Assembly: GCA_963809485.1 (NCBI GenBank)
Contig: CAWEJX010000020.1
Span: forward strand, 1,056,001-1,120,000
Length of the DNA: 64,000 bases
Direction of reading: 5' to 3'
Source: an uncultured Acidobacteriota bacterium
GTDB taxonomy: Bacteria > Acidobacteriota > UBA6911
Shown here in pieces: positions 39,601 to 48,675 of the stretch (positions are counted from its first letter, which is position 1; every line of letters begins with the position of its first letter). Position numbers and translations under genes: made by a program. The notes beneath the pieces are model-generated. The model saw only the letters and a program-made list of their open reading frames with translations. It was not told the DNA's origin and made no database searches.

Positions 39601-41664
39601 TTAAGCCGCCGTTTCCCGGCGGGCGTCGAAGTAGAGGCCGATCGCCAGGAGCAGGAACATGGCCAGGCCGATCCAGTTGTGCCATCCCTCCAGCCAGGGG
39701 CCGTAGATTTTCACAAGGTCGGGCACAATCGACTTCCCGGAAGAATCCTCGATGAACCTGAGAAGTGCGGCAAGAACGCCGACCAATGCCCCGCCGGCGA
39801 TGAAGCCCGAAGCGATCAAAGTTCCTTTCTCGTGCCGCGCTTTGCTCAGCGTGCTGTTTTTCGAAGAGTGCTGCAGGAACCACGCGACCGCCGCTCCGAG
39901 GACGAGCGGTGAATTCAGCTCCATGGGCAGGTACATGCCGAGCGCAAAAGCAAGCGCCGAGACGCCGCACATCGCCACCACAACCGCGAATACGGCCCCA
40001 AGCGCGTAGAGAAACCACGGGGCTCCCTCCGATGCCATAACGCCCCGCAGCACCGCGGCCATCGCGTTCGGCTGCGGCGCCGGCAGCGGATTCGGGTGTC
40101 CCGGCCCCGGCGCGAATCCGTATACCTTCGACATGAGCAGGATGACCGCCGTGGTCGCGGCGGAAGCCGCGATCGCGCCGACCATGTTGCTGATTTCGAT
40201 ACGCTTCGGCGTGGCGCCGAGCCAGTAGCCGATCTTGTATTGAGTCACCAGCGATCCGGACATGGATAGCGCCGTGCAGACGACGCCGCCGATCAGCAGA
40301 ACCTGCAGCATGCCGGATTCCCCGCCCAGTCCGAGTCGCGAGAGAACGACCGCCGTGATGATCAGCGTGGTCAGCGTCATGCCGGAAATCGGCGTAATCG
40401 AGATCATCGCGATGGCCCAGGCGGAAACGGAAGCGAACAGGAATGCGATGACGAGCGTCAGCAGGACGGACGTTAGAGAAATCTTCGTTGCCCCGCCCAT
40501 CCCCGACAGAACGGAAAAGCGGAAATATAGGAACACCAGGAGTCCGGTAGCAGCGATCCCCAGAAGGACCGCGGACATGGGCAGCGCGCGATCGGTGCGC
40601 TCCGCGGCGCCGCCGACGTGTTTATTCCGGGCCAGGCGGACAATCTCTCCGGTGGCCTGCCGGGTCGCCTGGACGATCACGGGAGACATTTTGAGGATCG
40701 AGAGTATGCCGGCCGCAAAGATGCCGCCGATGCCGATCGGGCGCACATAATCAAAAAAGATGTCTTCGGCAGGCATTTGCGCCAGCGGCGTCGCGCCGAC
40801 GGCAATCGCGCCCGGAATGAACTGGCCCAGATGAGCGAACAGCGGCACCAGCACGAAGAACGAAATGAAGGAGCCGGCCAGGATGATGGAGGCATAGTGG
40901 ATGCCCATGATGTACCCGAGGCCCAGAACCGCGGCCGACGTGTTCATCGTGAACACCGCCTTGTATTTGTTGGTGACGTCGCTCATCACGCCGATGGCGC
41001 CGGTCGTGAAGTTTTCCGCCCAGGCGCGCATCGACGGGCCTACAAAATCAAATGCTGCGGCCGTAATGGCAGAGTAGCTCAGCACGATGGCGCTGTGCCC
41101 GCCCCGCTTGCCGGCCATCAGGATCTCGGTTGTGGCGCGCCCCTCGGGATAGGGCAGTTTGCCGTGAAGGTCGCGCACGAAGTACCGGCGGAAAGGGGCA
41201 AGGAAGAAGATTCCGAGATATGCGCCGAGCAGCGGCACAAGAAATATCTGGAACAGGGACGAGCGGTCCTCCAATCCCAGGATATAAATGGCCGGCATGG
41301 TAAAAACCGAGCCGCCGGCGATAATCCCGGAGGTTGCGCCAATCGCAAGCACATTGACGTTCTCCAGCAGAGTCGAGGCTCGGCGCCTGAAAAACTTCAC
41401 GGCCAAAACCGAGAAGCCGACTGCAAGAATCGAGATCGGAATGGCCGACTCGATCCCCTGGCCCAGCTTCAGGGCAATGTAGGTCGCGGCAGCCGAGAAA
41501 ATGATGGACCACAGGAAACCCTGAAGGATCGAGCGCACCGTCAGTTCGGGCAGGGATTGCCGCGCGGGAATAACCGGCTCGTACGACTCGCCAGGCTTCA
41601 GCTCGCGAAATGCATTCTCCGGCAAACGGGCTTCGTCCCGGTTCACCACAGGTTCTGCCGTCAT
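39601..41664 (-). CDS. OPT-family oligopeptide transporter
   Basis: ELTVRS, YIALKLG...AIPISIL, FTMPA, LPYPEG.AT, PAPQPNAMA, LGMYLP, ASGFIAGGAL. Confidence 0.92.
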   Translation of the reverse strand: MTAEPVVNRDEARLPENAFRELKPGESYEPVIPARQSLPELTVRSILQGFLWSIIFSAAATYIALKLGQGIESAIPISILAVGFSVLAVKFFRRRASTLLENVNVLAIGATSGIIAGGSVFTMPAIYILGLEDRSSLFQIFLVPLLGAYLGIFFLAPFRRYFVRDLHGKLPYPEGRATTEILMAGKRGGHSAIVLSYSAITAAAFDFVGPSMRAWAENFTTGAIGVMSDVTNKYKAVFTMNTSAAVLGLGYIMGIHYASIILAGSFISFFVLVPLFAHLGQFIPGAIAVGATPLAQMPAEDIFFDYVRPIGIGGIFAAGILSILKMSPVIVQATRQATGEIVRLARNKHVGGAAERTDRALPMSAVLLGIAATGLLVFLYFRFSVLSGMGGATKISLTSVLLTLVIAFLFASVSAWAIAMISITPISGMTLTTLIITAVVLSRLGLGGESGMLQVLLIGGVVCTALSMSGSLVTQYKIGYWLGATPKRIEISNMVGAIAASAATTAVILLMSKVYGFAPGPGHPNPLPAPQPNAMAAVLRGVMASEGAPWFLYALGAVFAVVVAMCGVSALAFALGMYLPMELNSPLVLGAAVAWFLQHSSKNSTLSKARHEKGTLIASGFIAGGALVGVLAALLRFIEDSSGKSIVPDLVKIYGPWLEGWHNWIGLAMFLLLAIGLYFDARRETAA

Positions 41665-43454
41665 GAATTCACCTCCTCGCTGTACTTTTCCATAACCGAT
41701 TCGATAACCCTGCGCGACAGGCTGTGGTAATTCGCCTTCCCCTGCTCGTAGATCGCCCTGGCAAGGGCCCGGGTGCGGGCATGTTTGCCCAGGGCGGAGT
41801 AGAGCGGACGCAGGTACTTCATCCGGCCGACCTCCAGCAGCACTTCCCGCACACGCTCGAAAACCGGTTCATAATCAGACCCGGCGGCGATCGTCAGCCA
41901 TTCGACCAAAATCTCGTAGTTTCCACGCCGCGTAAGCCGCAGGTTTTGATCCAGCCAATCCAGCGACGCGTGGTCGAGCCGGCGCGGAAGGCTTTGGAGA
42001 AAGACGAGCAGTTCGCTTGAATCCCAGTCAGCGAGTTGCTGCGGCGACGGGAGCTTTCCGGCAGCAAAAGCCTCTGCTGCCGCCACGAGGTCATCCAGTT
42101 GCTCTGACTTGAAAATCGGGGCGTTGTCGGGCATGCCCGGCCGGTACAGCCATGCGTCTGCGTTCACTGCCGCAGCCGCTCCGGGCAGTTCCTGTTCCAG
42201 AAAGGCCAGGAATTCCTCGGTGGTTATGGAGGTGAAGCGGAAGGCATTGATATACGCCCGCATGAAGCGGTCAAAACTTTCCCGCCCTGCATGGCGCTCC
42301 AGGAGCGTGACGAAGCGGGCGCCTTTTTCATACGGAATCGATGAGAAAGCTTCATCGGGATCCACCCCCTTCAGGTCGGTGCGGAGCTTCGTGAGCGGCG
42401 AATCCGATCCGAAGCGGGCGACCGACTCGTCCAGCGCCTTCTGGCCAATAGCCCATCGCAGCGCAGACGACTTTTCGCCGTGAATGGCGTCCAGGATCCT
42501 CCGTTCGGCCCATGTCGTGAAGCCCTCGTTCAACCAGAAGTGATCCATGCTGGCGTTGGTGACCAGGTTGCCGGTCCAGGAGTGGGCCAGTTCGTGCGCG
42601 ATGACGTCGACCAGCGAACGATCGCCGGCTATCACGGTCGGGGTGAGGAATGTCATGCGCGGGTTCTCCATGCCTCCATACGGGAAAGCCGGCGGGAGGA
42701 CCAGCATGTCATACCGGTCCCATTCATAGGGGCCAAAAAGGCGCTCGGCGGTCGCAATCATCTGCTCGATCTCGCCGAATTCATGGGCAGCCTTGTCAAC
42801 CATACCCGGCTCCGCCCACACCCGCGCGCGCGGCGAAAGATCGCACGGTTGCAGGTCTCCGACCGCAATCGCAAAAAGGTATGGAGGAACAGGCTGGGGC
42901 ATATGGAAAAGGAAAGTGCGCGTACCGCGTCCCCGTTCGGGCAGAATGCCTGCGGGCCCGGCCGACATCACGGCAGAGAGCTTATCCGGAACCGTAACCG
43001 CGGCATTGTACGACACGCGCACCCGCGGCGTATCCTGGCACGGAATAATAGTGCGGGCGTGGATCGCCTGGCACTGCGAATACATGAACGGATGGCGCTT
43101 GCCCAGCGTCAGCTCAGGCTCGAACCACTGCAGCGCGACAGCTTCACTCGAGGTCGTATAGTCAATGGTTATCAGGGCGGTTCCTTCCGGCAGGTCGAGT
43201 CTCAGCCGCCGCCCCAGGATCGGGTCTTCCCCGCCGAACTCGAAGGGGATGTCCTCTCCGTCCTGACCATAGGCGGAGCGGATAGCGAGCGCTTTGGTAT
43301 CCAGATCGAAAAAGCCGGAAGAGGGCTTCTCCAGTTCAAGGGTCACGGATCCATTGATCTGGCGGTTTTCGAAGTCGACGAACCAGTTCAGGCGCAGGTG
43401 CTTTGTACGCGGCTGGTAATTGTCATAATGGGAATGCGGATCGATAGTAGCCAT
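41661..43454 (-). CDS. M1-family aminopeptidase (leukotriene A4 hydrolase-like)
   Basis: SQCQAIHAR, FPYGGMENP, HELAHSW, FWLNEG, PYEKG, GRMKYLRPLY; ATGA overlap with the OPT gene. Confidence 0.95.
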   Translation of the reverse strand: MATIDPHSHYDNYQPRTKHLRLNWFVDFENRQINGSVTLELEKPSSGFFDLDTKALAIRSAYGQDGEDIPFEFGGEDPILGRRLRLDLPEGTALITIDYTTSSEAVALQWFEPELTLGKRHPFMYSQCQAIHARTIIPCQDTPRVRVSYNAAVTVPDKLSAVMSAGPAGILPERGRGTRTFLFHMPQPVPPYLFAIAVGDLQPCDLSPRARVWAEPGMVDKAAHEFGEIEQMIATAERLFGPYEWDRYDMLVLPPAFPYGGMENPRMTFLTPTVIAGDRSLVDVIAHELAHSWTGNLVTNASMDHFWLNEGFTTWAERRILDAIHGEKSSALRWAIGQKALDESVARFGSDSPLTKLRTDLKGVDPDEAFSSIPYEKGARFVTLLERHAGRESFDRFMRAYINAFRFTSITTEEFLAFLEQELPGAAAAVNADAWLYRPGMPDNAPIFKSEQLDDLVAAAEAFAAGKLPSPQQLADWDSSELLVFLQSLPRRLDHASLDWLDQNLRLTRRGNYEILVEWLTIAAGSDYEPVFERVREVLLEVGRMKYLRPLYSALGKHARTRALARAIYEQGKANYHSLSRRVIESVMEKYSEEVNS

Positions 43455-43916
43455 GCGGCACGCCTTTCCAGCGAGATCGGGGAATCAGCACTCTTTCCTT
43501 TGCAAGACCATACGCCAAATTCAGCTCCATTGAAATCAGTTTTGCGCGCACGAATCCGGTCAACCTGCACTCAAGAAGCGGATTCGCACCTTCCGGTCGT
43601 GCCCATTGTCTTCCAGCCTGAAAACCATCCCTGCGCGAAGTTCCGCAAGCATGGCGGAAATTGCCGAAACCCTCGCTTCCTGCCGATTCCAGCGATGCGC
43701 ATTCCCCGTTTCACGTTCAACGTTCCACATTCCACAGCCGTAGTTTGAATGAAGGGCGTACGCAATGAAACCGCCAACCCGCACAGATAGGCAAACAGCC
43801 CTAATCTCCGCTCCATTCTGACCGAAAAGCAAGGTAGGGCATCATTTTGCGCGGCTGGCAGGACATGGCTGCCGGATGCCCGCGACACGGCAAACATTTG
43901 GAGGTCCGGTAAGCCT

Positions 43917-46253
43917 GTGGATCGACACGACCTGGCAGTCCAGGGCACGAACGATGGGATATGGGATTGGGATCTGACGACAAGCCGGATCCACTACTCT
44001 CATGGATGGATCTCCCTGCTGGGCCTTGGGGAAGGCGAGTTCGACAATACGCCGGAAGAGTGGTTCCGAAGGATTCATCCCGAGGACATCCTCTCGGTCA
44101 AGCGCGAGATCGAGACCCATCTGCAAGGAAAATCCGCGCGGTTCGAGATCCAGCACCGGATGCTTCATCACGATGGCTGCTACCGTTGGCTGTCATGCCG
44201 CGGATTAATCACCCGGGACGACAAGGGGCGGGCGACGCGCATCCGGGGCATCCACGAGGACATTACATCCGAAAAAGCCGTGGATTCGCTTACCGGCCTT
44301 CCCAACCGTCTTCTGCTCCTGGAGCGGCTGACGCGCTCCATCGAAAGGGCCAGGAAGCAGCAGGATTTTCTTTTCGGCATCCTGATCCTGGATCTGGACC
44401 TCTTCGAATCCGGGATCAGCCGGCTGGAGACCCTGGACTGCGACTCCCTGGTCATCGCGGCCGCGCGCCGCCTGGAAACAGCTTTGAGGACCAGGGATAG
44501 CCTGATAGGCGCAGGGCACGCAGACTTGATCGCGCGTTCCGGCGGCGAGGAATTTATTATCCTGCTCGAAGGGCTGAGCGAGGTTGGAGAAGCAAAAAGA
44601 GTTGCCGAACGGCTGCTGAAGGTGATCCTGGCCCCCTTTACTTTTAATGGCCGCGAAGTCTCCCTGTCCGCAAGCATCGGCATTGCGTTGAGCGTAACGG
44701 GCTATCGCACCGCAGAGGAAGCCCTGAGGGATGCGGACACGGCCCTGCATCGTTCAAAGGCATTGGGCAAATGCCGCTGCGAAGTCTTTGACACGGCTGC
44801 CCTGCAATCCACCCAGGTCCGGAACCAGACTGAAAAGGAACTCCATGGGGCCCTGGGCCGAAACGAGTTCTTGGTCTGCTATCAGCCGATCCTGTCGCTG
44901 GCGTCGAATAAAATCGCTGGTTTTGAAGTCCTGGTCCGGTGGAACCACCCGTCCCGGGGCATGATATTGCCGTCGGAATTCATCCCGATTGCCGAGAAAA
45001 CCGGACTCATCAATATTTTGAACCGGTGGGTCATGCAGCAAGCCTGCTGGCAGCTGAAATCCTGGCGAACGGATCCGCGCATTTCCAAAGACCTGTGGAT
45101 TTCGCTGAATCTGTCCGGCGCCCAATTCCTGCATCCCGACCTGGTTAATGAAATCAGCGGGATCTTAAGCGAAACCGGCCTCGACGCCGATGGCCTCCTG
45201 CTGGAGCTGACTGAGGGAACTGTGATGCAAAATCCCGAAGAGGCTCGAAGACTGCTGATGCAGCTCCGCCTCATGGGCGCGAGGATCGGTCTTGACGATT
45301 TCGGCACGGGATATTCTTCGCTTGCTTACCTGCGCCGGTTCCCCCTGGATTTTCTGAAAATCGATTATTCGTTCATCCGGAGCATCGAGAGCGGCTCGGA
45401 TCCCCTGGAAATTATCCGGACGATATGCAGGCTCGGCCATCAGTTGGGCCTGCGTGTCATCGCCGAAGGAATTGAAACTCCCCGCCAGCTGGACCTGGTC
45501 CGGTCGCTGGACTGCGAATTCGGCCAGGGATTCCTTTTTTCAAAAGCGGTCAGCGGCGAGCAGGCGGAGATCCTGTTGGTGGAGGGATTCATACCCCGGG
45601 AGGACACTCGCCCGGCAGAGTCCGGACCGGACGCCACACAGGAACCGGCAAGGAAGCCGCAATTCAGAATAAAGCGGAAATATGCTTTTGCAGGTCTGAC
45701 ACTCCTTGCCCTGCTGCTCCTGGCAGGCTTCCTTGACCGGCTGAATCGTCCGAATGCTTCTCCCGTAGCTAACACTTCCCCGCCGGCCGCTGCGGTCAAG
45801 CTGGAAAAACCCGCGACCCCATCGGCCATTCAGGAAGTCGAGCCAAAGCCCCTTGCCAGGGAGACACAAAAGGCCTCCAAGATGAATAGCGGCCTGAAAA
45901 CTCCGGCCCCCGCACCCAAGGCTGAGATGAGGAAAGCGGCCCCGGCCATTTACAGATTCCCGGTTGTGCACGATCATCGTCTGGGCAGTTGTGAGGGAGT
46001 CCTGAGAATCGGGAGCGACGGCATCGCTTTTATCGCGAACAACGGGAAGCACAGCTTTGCCCTGAAACATTCCGAATGCCGGTGCACTATGAATCCCGAT
46101 CGGTTGACCATCCGGTCCGGATCGATGGTTTTCCGCTTTAAATCCGACTCCCTCGATGAAGAGGATAACCGGTCCAAACTCTCCGAAATCTACCGCAGCG
46201 TTACAAAGCTTAACCCCTCCACGGAACCAGGTAACGTCGACTCACGCCCATAA
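43917..46253 (+). CDS. PAS-GGDEF-EAL protein with C-terminal TM helix and extracytoplasmic domain
   Basis: GTNDGIWDWD (PAS), DSLTGLPNR, SGGEEF, FEVLVRW, LELTE, DDFGTGYSSL, AEGIE; then TM (YAFAGLTLLALLLLAGFL), Pro/Ala/Lys linker, HDHRLGSCEG domain. Start uncertain. Confidence 0.9.
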   Translation: MDRHDLAVQGTNDGIWDWDLTTSRIHYSHGWISLLGLGEGEFDNTPEEWFRRIHPEDILSVKREIETHLQGKSARFEIQHRMLHHDGCYRWLSCRGLITRDDKGRATRIRGIHEDITSEKAVDSLTGLPNRLLLLERLTRSIERARKQQDFLFGILILDLDLFESGISRLETLDCDSLVIAAARRLETALRTRDSLIGAGHADLIARSGGEEFIILLEGLSEVGEAKRVAERLLKVILAPFTFNGREVSLSASIGIALSVTGYRTAEEALRDADTALHRSKALGKCRCEVFDTAALQSTQVRNQTEKELHGALGRNEFLVCYQPILSLASNKIAGFEVLVRWNHPSRGMILPSEFIPIAEKTGLINILNRWVMQQACWQLKSWRTDPRISKDLWISLNLSGAQFLHPDLVNEISGILSETGLDADGLLLELTEGTVMQNPEEARRLLMQLRLMGARIGLDDFGTGYSSLAYLRRFPLDFLKIDYSFIRSIESGSDPLEIIRTICRLGHQLGLRVIAEGIETPRQLDLVRSLDCEFGQGFLFSKAVSGEQAEILLVEGFIPREDTRPAESGPDATQEPARKPQFRIKRKYAFAGLTLLALLLLAGFLDRLNRPNASPVANTSPPAAAVKLEKPATPSAIQEVEPKPLARETQKASKMNSGLKTPAPAPKAEMRKAAPAIYRFPVVHDHRLGSCEGVLRIGSDGIAFIANNGKHSFALKHSECRCTMNPDRLTIRSGSMVFRFKSDSLDEEDNRSKLSEIYRSVTKLNPSTEPGNVDSRP

Positions 46254-46487
46254 AAGCGCTGACCAACGCCGAGTCCCAATCCGCCTTTTCCATGATTCCT
46301 GCTGCTGCGCGGCAGCCTCATCCCATTTTGCTTTGGGCGGCCCCGAGGTGCGATTATAATTAGCAGTGATTCGTCAGTCATCACCTTGCAGGCCGTCTGA
46401 AGCCGGCTTGCGGAACTGGCTCGTAACGTATGCATCCCATCCCTGGTTCGCCGGTCGCGATCCGCAAATCATTTGAGGAAATCACCC

Positions 46488-47972
46488 ATGTCAACCGCAA
46501 TTGAAGGCCTGAAGCCGGAATTGGTCTGGAAGTATTTCGCGGAAATATCCCGCGTCCCCCGCTGCTCAAAAAATGAAGCCGCCATGACACGATATGTCCT
46601 GGATACCGCAAAAAAGCTGGGATTGGAGGCGAAATCCGACAAATTCGGCAACGTCGTGGTCCGAAAACCGGCTTCTGCCGGCCGCCGGGAAGTCCGCTCG
46701 GTCGCGCTGCAGGGACACCTCGACATGGTGTGCGAAAAGAACAAGGACAAAGTCCATGATTTCCTCAAAGACCCGATCGAACTTGTCCGCAAGGATAATT
46801 TCCTGATGGCAAACGGCACGACGCTCGGTGCGGACAACGGCATCGCAGTCGCGACCAACCTGGCAATCATGGAAGACCGATCGCTGGAACACGGCCCGCT
46901 GGAATTTCTGTTTACTGTGGATGAAGAAACAGGGTTGACCGGCGCCCATAACCTGCAAGCGGATTTTCTGGAAAGCCGGACGCTTTTGAACCTGGATTCG
47001 GAAGAAGAGGGGGCGCTCTATGTCGGCTGCTCCGGCGGGAGGGACACGACCGGGGTCTGGGACATTCACCTGGAGCAAGCCCCGGCTTCCATGAGGGCCG
47101 TACGGATCAGCGTCACAGGCCTGAAGGGCGGCCACTCCGGTCTGGAAATCGACAAGGGCAGGGGTAATGCCATCAAGATCATGGGCCGGGCTCTCACGGG
47201 ACTCAGCACTATCGGCGCCCGCATGTCATCCATCAACGGAGGCAACAAACGCAACGCCATCCCGCGGGAATGCGAAGCCGTTGTGCGTATTCCCGCCAAA
47301 AATCTGGAATCGGCCGGGAAGATTGTCGGTGACCTGAACGGCACGGTCAAAGCCGAACTGGCCGGCACCGAGCCCGATCTGATGTTAAGCATGAATGAAA
47401 CGGGCACGGGCAAAAATGGGAAAGTCCTACGCAAGGCGGAACAGCAGAGGATCCTGCTGACGATTTCCGGGCTTCCCCACGGTGTGATAAAAATGAGCGC
47501 CGATATCCCCGGGCTTGTGGAGACCTCGATGAATCTGGCCGTCATCCAGACAACCTTGAAATCCGTTCGAATCTCGACGAGCCAGCGAAGCTCCGTCGCA
47601 TCGGAAATCGTCGAGATCGCGGAAACCGTTTCATCCATCTTCAAGCTGGGCCGCGCATCGATTGAGGGATCCGACGGATACCCGGGCTGGAAGCCGAATA
47701 TGGATTCGCCGGTTTTGGCCCTGGCGAGGGAAACCTATCGATCGCTGTTCGGGAAAGATCCCGAGGTCAAGGCTATCCACGCCGGGTTGGAATGCGGAAT
47801 CATCGGAGAGCGTTTTCCCGGCATGGATATGGTATCGTTCGGCCCAACTCTCGAAGGCGTTCATTCGCCCGACGAAAAGATCCACATCGACACGGTCGAG
47901 AAGTTCTGGATCTTCCTGCTGGAGATCCTCAAAAGAGCGAGTCAGGCACCTCCGGCAAAGCCGGAGGCTTGA
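46488..47972 (+). CDS. pepD: aminoacyl-histidine dipeptidase (M20C)
   Basis: LQGHLDMVCEK, TTLGADNG, VDEETG, NLDSEE, GLKGGHSG, IHAGLECG, HSPDE; the last ~10 codons and the stop come from the mobile element. Confidence 0.93.
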   Translation: MSTAIEGLKPELVWKYFAEISRVPRCSKNEAAMTRYVLDTAKKLGLEAKSDKFGNVVVRKPASAGRREVRSVALQGHLDMVCEKNKDKVHDFLKDPIELVRKDNFLMANGTTLGADNGIAVATNLAIMEDRSLEHGPLEFLFTVDEETGLTGAHNLQADFLESRTLLNLDSEEEGALYVGCSGGRDTTGVWDIHLEQAPASMRAVRISVTGLKGGHSGLEIDKGRGNAIKIMGRALTGLSTIGARMSSINGGNKRNAIPRECEAVVRIPAKNLESAGKIVGDLNGTVKAELAGTEPDLMLSMNETGTGKNGKVLRKAEQQRILLTISGLPHGVIKMSADIPGLVETSMNLAVIQTTLKSVRISTSQRSSVASEIVEIAETVSSIFKLGRASIEGSDGYPGWKPNMDSPVLALARETYRSLFGKDPEVKAIHAGLECGIIGERFPGMDMVSFGPTLEGVHSPDEKIHIDTVEKFWIFLLEILKRASQAPPAKPEA

Positions 47973-48119
47973 AAGATTGGAACCGCTCAAAGCGGTTGGA
48001 CTAGTTACGCCGGTCTTGAACGCTGACTTACGCGGGCAAAAGCCGACCCTCGCCGAACAAATCGGCGTTTGTCGGCGCTTTTATCAGCGTATCTCAGCGT
48101 TTCAAAACACGGGTTACCA
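47941..48119 (-). mobile_element. non-autonomous IS200/IS605-type element, copy D (left-end hairpin deleted)
   Basis: gtcaggcacctccggcaaagccggaggcttg...cgtttcaaaacacgg then directly gttacca. Confidence 0.82.
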
Positions 48120-48257
48120 GGTTTGGCAGCCATTGGCAATCCGAAGCGGAGAGAGTATAATAGAGATTCAAATCGAACCTCCTGGATTAGCCGCACTCAC
48201 CTGCCCACAAGAGCTTCGATGCAATTTCATCTCGCCTTTTCGAAAGGAGCGGACTCC

Positions 48258-48587
48258 ATGTCGAAGGACTTTGTTCTGCAGTTGAGGTATCTGGGCGTCC
48301 TCCCCCAAACCGGCTATTTCGAATACGGCTTCCGTATTGAAAACAAGGATAAAAGCGTGCGGCAGGTCATTCTGACCATCGAGGATACCTTATTCCGGAA
48401 GGACGGCTTGATGTTCCAGGAAGCTCCGGACCTCTGCTATCAGAAGGTCCTGATGGATCTGGAAAATGAAAATGGCGAAACGCGCCTCCCTGCTCATATC
48501 CCCATAACGGCTCTGGACATTGCTCATTACAGGGGCTTGCACCCCAATGTCAAATTGCGGAGATCCTCCCACAGAGAAGCAAAATAG
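48258..48587 (+). CDS. hypothetical protein
   Basis: AAGGAG RBS; EYGFRI...FQEAPDLCYQK. Confidence 0.65.
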   Translation: MSKDFVLQLRYLGVLPQTGYFEYGFRIENKDKSVRQVILTIEDTLFRKDGLMFQEAPDLCYQKVLMDLENENGETRLPAHIPITALDIAHYRGLHPNVKLRRSSHREAK

Positions 48588-48675
48588 GCCCGCCTGCCGC
48601 GCCGGCATAAACATTGCCGAGAACGGAACAGAGAGAGGAAAACCCGGGATCAGTTTCCTTTCGGGCGCCCGGGGT

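Noticed and set aside
43749-43916. In-frame ATG...TAG upstream of the GGDEF-EAL ORF as stop-codon readthrough
   Set aside because: The extension has no recognisable domain, there is no pyl machinery in the window, and chance or an indel explains it.
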